From contig JBFMGO010000018.1 in NCBI GenBank assembly GCA_040752695.1, positions 804 through 64,803 of the forward strand: 64,000 nt of DNA, given 5' to 3'. The notes beneath the pieces are model-generated. The model searched no databases. It was not told the origin of the DNA and saw nothing but the letters and a program-made list of their open reading frames with translations. A program made the position numbers and the translations under genes. Source of the stretch: a bacterium. GTDB taxonomy: Bacteria; SZUA-182; DTGQ01. Shown here piece after piece: positions 39,091-48,726 of this stretch. Within the stretch, counting starts at the first letter, position 1; the number at the start of each line of letters is the position of its first letter.

Positions 39091-41250
39091 ATGGAAGTAT
39101 GGCTTGGACACCCCTACCCACTGGGAGCAACCTGGGATGGTTCGGGGGTCAATTTTGCCCTCTTTTCAGAAAATGCCACCGCAGTGGAGTTATGCATCTT
39201 CGATGGCCCGGAAGGAGAGCGTGAAAAACATGAAATCCGTATTATGATGCCCGAACAGACGGACCAGGTATGGCATGCCTATCTGCCTGAAGCACGTCCC
39301 GGCATGCTCTACGGATACCGGGTATATGGCCCGTATGCCCCGCAGGAAGGCCATCGCTTCAATCCAGCCAAGCTCCTGCGAGACCCTTATGCCAGAGCGG
39401 TCACTGGAACCATACGGTGGAACGACGCCCTGTTCGGCTATACCGTCGGGCATCAGGCCGGCGACCTGTCGAGGGACGACCGGGACAGTGCGCCGTTTCA
39501 ACCAAAATGCGTTGTCGTGGACCAGGCGTTCAGTTGGGGAAATGATGCTCCCCCAAATATCCCATGGTACAAAACAATTATCTATGAGGTGCATGTCAAG
39601 GGATTCACCAGGCTCAATCAAAAAGTGCCGGAAGAACTTCGCGGTACCTATGCAGGACTGGTCAGCCCGGCAGCAATGGACTATCTCCTTTCCCTCGGCA
39701 TTACTGCGGTTGAGTTGATGCCGGTGCATCAGTTCATACATGATCGCAGGCTTTTTGATCTCGGTCTTCGCAATTACTGGGGGTACAACTCCATCAACTT
39801 TTTCGCTCCGCATTCGGAGTATTCCAGTACTGGATCTCAGGGTCAGCAGGTAGCGGAATTCAAAACCATGGTCAAGACCCTGCACAGGGAAGGGATTGAG
39901 GTAATTCTGGATGTAGCTTATAACCATACAGGTGAAAGTGACCATCTTGGGCCGACTCTGTGTTTTCGCGGTATCGATAATGTCTCTTATTACCGGCTGC
40001 ACGAGAAAGAACGTCGCTATTATACGGATTACACCGGCACCGGTAACACCCTCAACATGATGCACCCGCGCGCGCTTCAGCTCATCATGGACAGCCTGCG
40101 CTATTGGATACTGGAGATGCACGTGGACGGGTTTCGTTTCGATCTGGCAGCGGCCCTGGCACGGGAACTTCACGCCGTAGACCGGCTGGGAGCATTCTTT
40201 GACATTATCCACCAGGACCCGGTGATTTCACAGGTCAAACTGATCGCCGAGCCCTGGGACCTGGGAGAGGGAGGGTATCAGGTCGGTAACTTTCCAGTCC
40301 TGTGGACTGAATGGAATGGTGAATACCGTGACACGGTTCGCCGCTATTGGAAGAAAGATGCCGGGCAGATAGGGAATCTGGCATATCGGCTGACCGGCAG
40401 CAGCGACCTGTATGAAAAAACCGGCCGCAGGCCATACACCAGTATCAATTTCGTTACTTCGCATGACGGCTTCACCCTCCATGATCTGGTAAGCTACGAC
40501 GACAAGCATAACGAAGACAACGGTGAGGAAAACCGCGATGGCACGGATAATAACCTGAGCTGGAACTTCGGTGCGGAAGGGCCAACCGATGATCCGGAGG
40601 TGCTGAGATTGCGGATGCGTCAGCAGCGCAACTTTCTGGCCACCCTGTTTTTCTCGCAAGGAGTGCCGATGCTTCAATCCGGTGACGAGACCGGGCACAG
40701 CAAACGGGGAAACAATAATACCTACTGCCAGGACAACGCGCTTTCCTGGCTCAACTGGCACCTTAACCAGTCTCAGCGCAGGTTGCTGGAATTTACCCGG
40801 TTCGTGATTCATCTCAGACGCCGTCACCCGGTCTTTCGACGGCAGAGTTTTTTTCGCGGCAGAGCCATGGTCAATACGAATCTCAAGGATGTAGGCTGGT
40901 TTCGACCCGATGGAAAGGAGATGACTCCCGGTGATTGGGGCAATGAGAACCTGCGCAGCCTTGGGATGCTTCTGGCAGGGGACGCTATCGATGAGCAGGA
41001 CGAGCGGGGAAATCCTGTCCTGGATGATACCATCCTGGTATTGATGAATGCAGGTGAATCCATAGTTTTCGTCTTGCCTTCCTTCCACGAGGCCGGCAGT
41101 TGGGAGTTGACTCTCGATACCAGATGCCCAAAAGGAAGGCCGAAGTATCAACTGATGCATCATGGCGACTCTTACACGCTGGAGGGACTTTCTCTTGCCA
41201 TTTTCCGGTTGCGCAAAGCTGAAGAGGAGGAGAATATCGATACGAATTAA
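39091..41250 (+). CDS. glgX: Glycogen debranching enzyme GlgX (isoamylase-type, GH13)
   Basis: N-terminal CBM48 motifs (PLGATWDGSGVNFALFS). GH13 catalytic regions (GFRFDLA, EPWD, HDGFTL). AGGAGGA RBS before the ATG at 39091. Confidence 0.85.
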   Translation: MEVWLGHPYPLGATWDGSGVNFALFSENATAVELCIFDGPEGEREKHEIRIMMPEQTDQVWHAYLPEARPGMLYGYRVYGPYAPQEGHRFNPAKLLRDPYARAVTGTIRWNDALFGYTVGHQAGDLSRDDRDSAPFQPKCVVVDQAFSWGNDAPPNIPWYKTIIYEVHVKGFTRLNQKVPEELRGTYAGLVSPAAMDYLLSLGITAVELMPVHQFIHDRRLFDLGLRNYWGYNSINFFAPHSEYSSTGSQGQQVAEFKTMVKTLHREGIEVILDVAYNHTGESDHLGPTLCFRGIDNVSYYRLHEKERRYYTDYTGTGNTLNMMHPRALQLIMDSLRYWILEMHVDGFRFDLAAALARELHAVDRLGAFFDIIHQDPVISQVKLIAEPWDLGEGGYQVGNFPVLWTEWNGEYRDTVRRYWKKDAGQIGNLAYRLTGSSDLYEKTGRRPYTSINFVTSHDGFTLHDLVSYDDKHNEDNGEENRDGTDNNLSWNFGAEGPTDDPEVLRLRMRQQRNFLATLFFSQGVPMLQSGDETGHSKRGNNNTYCQDNALSWLNWHLNQSQRRLLEFTRFVIHLRRRHPVFRRQSFFRGRAMVNTNLKDVGWFRPDGKEMTPGDWGNENLRSLGMLLAGDAIDEQDERGNPVLDDTILVLMNAGESIVFVLPSFHEAGSWELTLDTRCPKGRPKYQLMHHGDSYTLEGLSLAIFRLRKAEEEENIDTN

Positions 41251-41723
41251 GGAGCCAGAAGGCAAAATACAAAGAGAGAGAACGCGGATATATGAGGGAA
41301 CCACTGAGGCTCCTTGGCCGATCTGAGGTATGGTTACAGCTATACAAAGTCGATAAGCTCCTTGAGCGCCAGGCAGCACAGCGGGTTTTGGGGCAGCCGG
41401 AAAATTCACCTGCCCCTTGCACGGGGTAAAAACAAGGCAAATAGTGATCGAGCAAATGATGATCGAAAAGCAATCATTATTCAGTTCAAATACCGATATA
41501 CCCATAAACTAGGTACACCGCGACAAGAAATACGCGGACGGGTTTTGTCATCCCCCCTGCCTGATAAGGGTCTTTATCCCCTCTTTATAAGGGGGATTGA
41601 GGGGAATTTTCGACAAATGGACCTCTTCAGTAACTGGTCGGGTAATTCCCGCAACATGTACTTAGCCTGTAAATTCATGAAACCGGCTGGCAGGCTTATG
41701 AAACCGGCTCAAAAGGTGAGAGC

Positions 41724-41969
41724 ATGGATAAGCATATTTTAATCACCGGTGGAGCAGGCTTTATCGGCTCGCACCTGGCAGATGCATTGATCCGGAATGG
41801 CTACAGCGTTGAGGTTCCCAATAACCGGTCAGAGCAGATCCATGGAACGGGAAGGCGAGGATGGAGGGCGGCCTGTCTCAACCCTGAGATTAAATTGATC
41901 GAGGGGGAATTGATCATTGACGGCATCTCGGCTCCCGATTGTCTACCAGTCCTGGACAGCGGGGCCTGA
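41724..41969 (+). pseudogene. Remnant N-terminal fragment of an NAD-dependent epimerase/dehydratase (81 codons)
   Basis: Begins MDKHILITGGAGFIGSHLADALIRNGYSVEV (Rossmann GxxGxxG), then degenerates and stops. The full-length epimerase follows immediately with its own Rossmann motif. Confidence 0.4.
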
Positions 41970-41973
41970 ACAT

Positions 41974-43050
41974 ATGAATATGAGATCCACAGTCCGAACT
42001 TTTGACCGGCCTTATGTGATGATCACCGGCGGATGCGGTTTCATTGGAACGAATCTCGCCCATAGACTGCTGAAATCGGGTAAGTCTGTCCTGATCTATG
42101 ACAATCTCAGCAGGCCCGACGGAGAAAGGAATGCGCAATGGCTGTGCGACGAGTATGGAAAAAAAGTTCTGGTTAAAGTGGCTGATGTGCGCAACCGCTG
42201 TGCCCTGCGTGAGGCTGTCCAACATGCCGGGCACATATTCCACCTGGCAGCGCAGGTGGCCGTAACCGCCAATCGCCAGAATCCGGTTCAGGACTTCGAG
42301 GTCGATGTCCAGGGAACGATAAATCTGCTCGAAGAATTGCGGACCGTAAAAAACCCTCCGTTCCTTTTCTATACATCCACCAATAAGGTGTATGGATCGC
42401 TGAACAGCATCAACCTGCGCAAATGCAGCACACGCTATGAGCCGGCAGATCCTTTGACAAAGGAAAGAGGAATCAATGAAGACTATCCCTTGAGCTTCCG
42501 GACTCCCTATGGCTCCTCTAAGGGAGCGGCGGAACAATACGTGCTCGACTATGCCCGCACCTATCACCTGCCTGCCGTAGTCTTTCGAATGAGCTGCATC
42601 TACGGACCCCGTCAATTCGGCCATCAGGGCTGGGTTGCCCGTTTCCTGATCCAGGCACTGAAAAAGCAGCCCATTACCCTTTTCGGTGATGGAAGGCAGG
42701 TGCGGGACATCCTCTTTGTCGAGGATCTCATCGAGGCTTTCCTTCTGGCTATGGCTCATATGAAAAAGCTTTCGGGCAAGGTCTTCAATGTCGGAGGAGG
42801 AACGCAAAACTGTCTCAGCCTGCTTGAACTCATTGATCTCATTACCGAGATCCATCAGAATAAACCCGTCTGCCTCTTCAGCCGGTGGCGAGTCGGAGAT
42901 CCATGGTATTATGTTACTGATACCACAAGGTTCCGCAAGGCTACAGGCTGGTACCCGAAAGTCGGTGTCCGGCAGGGCGTTGAAAGCCTCAATACATGGC
43001 TGCGTCAGGCAGAGGATAACCCTTCCGGGGATCTGGTTGCCATGGGGTGA
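41974..43050 (+). CDS. NAD-dependent epimerase/dehydratase (nucleotide-sugar epimerase, CDP-paratose/UDP-glucose-epimerase-like)
   Basis: ITGGCGFIGTNLAHRL, catalytic YGSSKGAAE (YxxxK), and an extended SDR fold. Confidence 0.8.
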   Translation: MNMRSTVRTFDRPYVMITGGCGFIGTNLAHRLLKSGKSVLIYDNLSRPDGERNAQWLCDEYGKKVLVKVADVRNRCALREAVQHAGHIFHLAAQVAVTANRQNPVQDFEVDVQGTINLLEELRTVKNPPFLFYTSTNKVYGSLNSINLRKCSTRYEPADPLTKERGINEDYPLSFRTPYGSSKGAAEQYVLDYARTYHLPAVVFRMSCIYGPRQFGHQGWVARFLIQALKKQPITLFGDGRQVRDILFVEDLIEAFLLAMAHMKKLSGKVFNVGGGTQNCLSLLELIDLITEIHQNKPVCLFSRWRVGDPWYYVTDTTRFRKATGWYPKVGVRQGVESLNTWLRQAEDNPSGDLVAMG

Positions 43051-43192
43051 ATGAGGGATGCGAACGGTCGAAAGCTGTCGAGAAGGATCGAGGAACCATA
43101 CGGGAGGATCGGGAATCAGTTGAGGTTGATAGCCGTCAAGCTTACCAGAACCAATAAGGACAAGCTTACCAGAACCAATAAGGAGAAATCCT

Positions 43193-44353
43193 ATGCGGGT
43201 TTTTATGTTTTATCATTCCCTGATTTCTGATTGGAACCATGGCAATGCCCACTTTTTGCGGGGTATTGCCACCGAGCTTCTAAAACAGGGGCACGATGTC
43301 CATATTTATGAACCAAAGGATGCCTGGAGTGTCCAGAACCTTATAGCTCACCACAGGTTTGAGCCAATCCGAAAGTTTCAGGAAGCATATCCTCATCTGA
43401 TCAGCCACCGCTATGCACCTGATGCGATCGAACTCGATAAGGTCCTTGACACTGCTGACCTGGTCATTGTCCACGAGTGGAATGAGCCCGAACTGGTGGA
43501 TCGCATCGGACACTATCGCAGCAGCGGAGGAAGTTTCCGGCTCCTCTTCCACGATACTCACCACCGCATGGTGACTGACCGGCAAAGACAGGCCAGGTAT
43601 AATCTCAAAAATTACGACGGCGTCCTGGCCTTTGGCAGCGTAATCCGCGATTTTTACCTTTCACGTGGCTGGACCGGCCGCGCCTGGACCTGGCACGAGG
43701 CTGCGGATACCCGCGTCTTTTACCCAAGGGACAGGGGCAGAAACCAGGGGGATCTGGTCTGGATAGGCAACTGGGGGGACGGAGAGCGGGCACATGAGCT
43801 CTATGAGTTTCTCCTCGACCCGGTCAAAGAACTTGGGCTGCAGGCCACCGCCTATGGGGTCCGGTATCCGCATCATGCCCGGGTCGCTCTCAAAGAGTCG
43901 GGAGTGGACTATGCCGGATGGGTGCCCAATTATGAAGTGCCTGAGCTATTTTCGCAATTCAAGGTCACGATCCACGTTCCTCGACGGCCATATGTTAAAA
44001 GCTTGGCCGGTATCCCCACTATCCGCACCTTCGAAGCCATGGCTTGCGGCATTCCTCTCATCTGCTCTCCATGGGAAGATACCGAAGAGCTGTTTACCCC
44101 TGGCCGGGATTTCCTGGTAGCAGCCAATGGAGATGAGATGAAACGCCATCTTAAAACTATCCTCCATGACAGAGAAATGGCCAGGGAAATAGCCCATAAT
44201 GCCTATAATACCATTGTAACCCGGCATACGTGCGCTCATCGCGTTCAGGAGCTCATGGACATTTGCAGGGCTCTGGGTCTGGATCTAAGCTCTCCTCATC
44301 CGGCGGCCAGCCGCGAGCCTTCCTCCATCCGGGAGGAAAAGGCCAATGAGTAA
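43193..44353 (+). CDS. Glycosyltransferase, GT1/CgeB-like (DUF3880-type N-domain)
   Basis: C-terminal EAMACGIPLI...E...E motif of GT4/GT1 retaining transferases. Confidence 0.65.
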   Translation: MRVFMFYHSLISDWNHGNAHFLRGIATELLKQGHDVHIYEPKDAWSVQNLIAHHRFEPIRKFQEAYPHLISHRYAPDAIELDKVLDTADLVIVHEWNEPELVDRIGHYRSSGGSFRLLFHDTHHRMVTDRQRQARYNLKNYDGVLAFGSVIRDFYLSRGWTGRAWTWHEAADTRVFYPRDRGRNQGDLVWIGNWGDGERAHELYEFLLDPVKELGLQATAYGVRYPHHARVALKESGVDYAGWVPNYEVPELFSQFKVTIHVPRRPYVKSLAGIPTIRTFEAMACGIPLICSPWEDTEELFTPGRDFLVAANGDEMKRHLKTILHDREMAREIAHNAYNTIVTRHTCAHRVQELMDICRALGLDLSSPHPAASREPSSIREEKANE

Positions 44354-44480
44354 ACGAGGAGTAAGTATTGAGTAAATATGGGGTAAATAAGGAGGGAAAC
44401 ATCTGTTAAGGAAGGAAAGCTCCCGTTGAGGAGAAGAAAATGCCTGTGAAGGAAGGAAAGTACCCGCTGAGGGGAGAAAA

Positions 44481-45839
44481 ATGCCTGTGAGGGAAGGGAA
44501 ACACATTGCCTTTTTTGGCTCAAGCCTTGTTTCTGGCTACTGGAACGAAGCAGCAACCTACTACCGGGGTATCATCCGGGCGCTTTCGGCAGAGGGCTAC
44601 CGGATTACCTTCTATGAGCCCGATGCCTTCGAGCGGCAGAATTATCGCGATATCCCCGATCCTCCCTGGGCAAAAGTAGTAGTCTACTCAGCCAGAAATG
44701 AAGATGCGGTCCGTGAAATCCTGGATGAAGCCCAAAATGCCGATCTGATCATCAAAGCCAGTGGCGTTGGCGTTTTCGATCAGTTACTTGAAGCCGCCGT
44801 AGTTGAAACAGCCGAGAAAGCCAGAAAGCAGAGGCCATACACCCTGTCCATATTCTGGGATGTTGATGCACCGGCCACCATCGACCGCATCCATCATAAT
44901 CCGGATGATCCTTTTCAGTCACTTATTCCCCGCTATGATCTTATCCTCACCAATGGAGGCGGGAAACCTATCGTGGATGCCTATCAGGCACTCGGCGCCA
45001 GACAATGCGTCCCTGTTTACAACGCGCTTGACCCTTTAACCCATTACCCCGTATCACCAGACAGCCGCTTTGCCTCAGACCTTGGGTTTTGCGGTGACCG
45101 ATTGCCGGATCGGGAGATGAGGGTCCGGGAATTCCTTTTCAAAGCAGCTTCTACCCTCCCCACGCATCGCTTCCTGCTGGCAGGAAGCGGCTGGCCCGTA
45201 ATAAGCACCTGGCGTGAAAACAGCGCGCCGGATCATATCCCCGAAACAAGAGCAGGCCACAGACCGGAAGCGGGGGGCGGGCAAGGACACAAAACTGAGA
45301 CCGACCAAAGACGCAAAGCGAAAACCGGAATCAACCCAAAATCCGAGACCGCATCAGGATTCGAAACCGGCATAAGAGCCGAAGATGACGCAGGAACTAA
45401 AACTGACCTAAGAGCCGGAACCAGACGCAGACATGATACGATGCTGCCTGAAAATGTATGCTCTATCGGGCATCTCTACACCCAGGAACATAATGCCTTT
45501 CATTGCTCGGCCAGGGTTGTTTTGAACATCAGCCGCGAAGGTACGGCCAGATATGGATTTTCTCCGTCCATCAGGATCTTCGAAGCTGCGGGTGCAGGTG
45601 CATGCATCATTACCGACGCCTGGGAGGGGCTGGAAATGTTCCTTGAGCCCGGTACCGAGATCCTGACCGCTAAAAATGGGCTCGAGGTGGCTGAGCATCT
45701 ACTCAGCCTGACTCCTGCGACCATCCAGGCCATTGGTCAGGCTGCCCGCAGAAGGGTTCTGGCTGAACATACCTATGAACACAGGGCCAGGCAACTGGTA
45801 TCTTTGCTTGAGACCTTTAATGCCGAGGGTAAGTTTTAA
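44481..45839 (+). CDS. Glycosyltransferase, GT1/CgeB-like paralog with an internal ~75-aa low-complexity insertion
   Basis: C-terminal IFEAAGAGACIIT. Homologous to the preceding gene. An insertion at about 45240-45430 encodes a Gly/Thr/Arg-rich disordered stretch. Confidence 0.6.
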   Translation: MPVREGKHIAFFGSSLVSGYWNEAATYYRGIIRALSAEGYRITFYEPDAFERQNYRDIPDPPWAKVVVYSARNEDAVREILDEAQNADLIIKASGVGVFDQLLEAAVVETAEKARKQRPYTLSIFWDVDAPATIDRIHHNPDDPFQSLIPRYDLILTNGGGKPIVDAYQALGARQCVPVYNALDPLTHYPVSPDSRFASDLGFCGDRLPDREMRVREFLFKAASTLPTHRFLLAGSGWPVISTWRENSAPDHIPETRAGHRPEAGGGQGHKTETDQRRKAKTGINPKSETASGFETGIRAEDDAGTKTDLRAGTRRRHDTMLPENVCSIGHLYTQEHNAFHCSARVVLNISREGTARYGFSPSIRIFEAAGAGACIITDAWEGLEMFLEPGTEILTAKNGLEVAEHLLSLTPATIQAIGQAARRRVLAEHTYEHRARQLVSLLETFNAEGKF

Positions 45840-45840
45840 C

Positions 45841-45857
45841 TCTCTCTCTCTCTCTCT
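45841..45857. repeat. (CT)8-9 microsatellite immediately after the glycosyltransferase stop
   Basis: Direct reading of the sequence. Confidence 0.85.
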
Positions 45858-45991
45858 TGCAAGATGAATTATTGCCCCCTTTCCGGTTTTCCTCAAGATT
45901 TTTTCCCAAGAGAATCAAGTTTTGACCTCCTACCCTTGGGGCGTAGAAATTTGTATCGTTAAAAATTATCCATACTCCCCCAGCTTAATCC

Positions 45992-47416
45992 TTAGTAATT
46001 GAATTTCAATAAAAGGCCAGCTATCTGATGCCGGAGATACAGGATAAAACAGCCACTTTTCGAGGGAAATTGTGGAGGCGCAGTTTTCGGATCTTTTTGC
46101 ATACTACCGTTTGCATCTGTTTTTATAATGTATAGATAACACATTTTTATCTTAATATTAGGGTCGTTAGCCTCTTCTTCTATTAACCTGGAACCGCCAA
46201 TAATATATCCTCCATCAGATGTTTCCTGGACAGAGTGAGCTGTTGCTCCATTATCATAGATCTTGTCCCAAACCTTGGTACCTCTATTGTTCAGCTTTAT
46301 TATATAGATATTAGGTTCGGGCCTAATTCGTGTGTAATCATCTTCCCAATAAGGGGTGTCATATATATGTCCGGCAACAATGTAACCATCATCTGAAGTC
46401 TGCCGGATACATGTGGCTTCATTCAAGCTTCTTTTTTTGTAAGTATTTTCCCAGACTTTGTTGCCATCATTGTCAAGTTTAATCACATAAAAGTAGGTAC
46501 TTTCAGTTGGCGAAATAATTCCAGCAACAATGTATCCGCTATCTGATGTCTGTTGAATTGACTTAGCAGATCCTCTATCATATATTTTTTCCCACTTCTT
46601 ATCGCCATTACTATCGAGTTTAATAATATAGATACCTGAGAACTCATTTTGTTCGGCAAAGTACCTGCCATTCCCAACTACAATATATCCGTCGTCTGAT
46701 GTCTGTTGAACAGCGTTAGCCCTATTGATACTTACTTCACTGCATTTGTAGGTTTTTTCCCATGCCTTATCACCATTATCATCAAGTCTTATTACATAAA
46801 TATCCTGAAGTCTATAGTTATACTTCTCATCTTCTCCACCGGGGGATGAAGTCGTGGCAGTATACGTATCACCAGTATACGTATGTCCAGCAACAATGTA
46901 TCCACCATCAGTAGTTTGCTGAATTGATTCAGCCCAGTCAAATTCATCCCCCCCATAGTGTTTTTCCCAAATTTTATTGCCACTGTCATTAAGCTTTATT
47001 ATACGCACATCAGGTTTCTGTTCATCGATACCCGTGGTGTCAAAACTCTCGGTGCCAGTCGACCCAGCGACTATGTATCCTCCATCAAAAGCCTGCTGAA
47101 TGGAGGTAGCAGCCCCACCAAAAGCCTTTTCCCATATTTTATCGCCATTGCTATCAAGCTTTATGATAGTACCCTCACTGGTAATGAGAATATATCCTCC
47201 ATCACACGTTTGTTGGATGGAGTTAACAAAACCGGGATTGTCGAAGGTTTTTTCCCAAGTTTTTAGTGACGTTCTCAATAAAGGTCTATTCTGTATATCA
47301 TTATTTTTTGCAAATACAGGGCTTAAAAAATATAAAATAATTAAAACAGTAGGTAACAGGAAAAATAAAAAGCGTGATGAACAATGGAAATGGAATAAAT
47401 CTGCTTTTATCTTCAT
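45992..47416 (-). CDS. Secreted beta-propeller-type repeat protein (paralog of 15790..17097)
   Basis: The same ~45-aa repeat (IQQT.DGGYI(V/I)AG...(K/R)LD..G.K.WEK..) recurs about 8 times. Signal peptide. Start at MKIKADLF with a GGAG RBS. Confidence 0.6.
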   Translation of the reverse strand: MKIKADLFHFHCSSRFLFFLLPTVLIILYFLSPVFAKNNDIQNRPLLRTSLKTWEKTFDNPGFVNSIQQTCDGGYILITSEGTIIKLDSNGDKIWEKAFGGAATSIQQAFDGGYIVAGSTGTESFDTTGIDEQKPDVRIIKLNDSGNKIWEKHYGGDEFDWAESIQQTTDGGYIVAGHTYTGDTYTATTSSPGGEDEKYNYRLQDIYVIRLDDNGDKAWEKTYKCSEVSINRANAVQQTSDDGYIVVGNGRYFAEQNEFSGIYIIKLDSNGDKKWEKIYDRGSAKSIQQTSDSGYIVAGIISPTESTYFYVIKLDNDGNKVWENTYKKRSLNEATCIRQTSDDGYIVAGHIYDTPYWEDDYTRIRPEPNIYIIKLNNRGTKVWDKIYDNGATAHSVQETSDGGYIIGGSRLIEEEANDPNIKIKMCYLYIIKTDANGSMQKDPKTAPPQFPSKSGCFILYLRHQIAGLLLKFNY

Positions 47417-47595
47417 TTTCAACTCCGATAATTCTGAATGGAAAAAACCTGGAGGGTCTGACACCTGGCAGGTAATACCATCACATTTTTTTCATAGAAA
47501 TTAATTGATGTCCTACACACAAAATCTGATTATGCCACCAAGATCCAATTTTTTTTCATAATATCCTGTCCATCTTTGGCTTTTCTTAATATAGT

Positions 47596-48030
47596 AACCT
47601 TGCGTAAGGCCGATAGTCAAAAAAATATTGGGAAAATCACAGATAGGTTATTGATAATGAAGATTTTTCTAAAATAAAGAAAATGTGGCTTAATATAATA
47701 AACCTATGGCTCAGAATAATGAAACTGTTGCAGAGACGAGTAGCATTAAGGATTGATAGGCTGACGAGGGAACTTAGGCGGATAATGGAGGGCGTTTGGT
47801 GTTTCTTTGACCTGGCAGAAACAAAAAAACGTCGGTATTTATAAGCTTTGTTTACTTTCCCTTTTGGGGAGGACTATCATCGGAGAGTTTCCTCCCTGAT
47901 AAAATTTTCACAACGTCTATAATGCTGATGGCCAAAAATCTTTAAGGACGGCCCCTGATGGGACCGCCCACATAGAGCCAGTTACTAATCCGTTTATCAG
48001 TACCGGTGTCTTACCGACGCAAGGTTACAA
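47596..48030. repeat. Possible MITE-like element: ~430-bp AT-rich segment bounded by 13-bp inverted repeats (gtaaccttgcgt ... acgcaaggttac)
   Basis: Inverted termini read directly from the sequence. No ORF is contained. Confidence 0.25.
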
Positions 48031-48590
48031 TTCTCTCCAGTGTAGATTTTGGGGATGTCTTCTCAGAGAATTATTTACCTTCTTAATTCTTTCCATCTCT
48101 GAGTTGTTCTTTTTACTTTGCAAAAATCTATATTCCGCTAAAGGAATAGTCATACCAGAGGGGTAAAGATAGTGCGGGAAGGCTATCCACATCTTTTTGC
48201 TTTTCATAAATAAACACCTCCTTCTATCTTCTGCGAAAGTTATACTGCTACTCTTAATCTTATCCCATAATGGTTGACGCAACTAATAAAAGGATGATTA
48301 CGAATTTTAGGCAATTTAATTTTAGGCAATTTATCAGTCGGGCCTAAAGCAAACGCCCACATTTTTCAAGAGCACCTACTTCCCTTTCCCAAAGGCATTA
48401 TTTATTTCCCACTGATCAGAGAGGAGCAGGCGGAGGATTTATGGATAATTTTTTGCCAGGCGGAAGATTCGAGGGTGGTTTTTACATCAACCAAGCGGGG
48501 ATATGGGGACAGTTTTTTCCTCAATCAAATTTCCACTCCATGGTTACCAGAGCAGTTTTCAATTATGTATGTTCCGGATGTTGGAAATCG

Positions 48591-48637
48591 CCCATTACTT
48601 ACGCCCCCTTTACGAAAGGGGGCGTAAGTAATGGGGG
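48591..48637. repeat. Perfect 21-bp-stem palindrome (cccattacttacgcccccttt-acg-aaagggggcgtaagtaatggg), 3' of the glutaminyl-cyclase gene
   Basis: Direct reading. The motif gggcgtaagtaa also recurs near 57158. Confidence 0.7.
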
Positions 48638-48726
48638 CCTTTATAAGCGAGGATAGTACCTTCTGCGAAGTAAGCTCAGAGAACCTGTGTACCTTGATCA
48701 AGCCAAAACCCCGTTATAGCGCCTGC

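Noticed and set aside
40228-41505. 425-aa minus-strand ORF
   Set aside because: Antisense to glgX, whose GH13 motifs are unambiguous on the plus strand.
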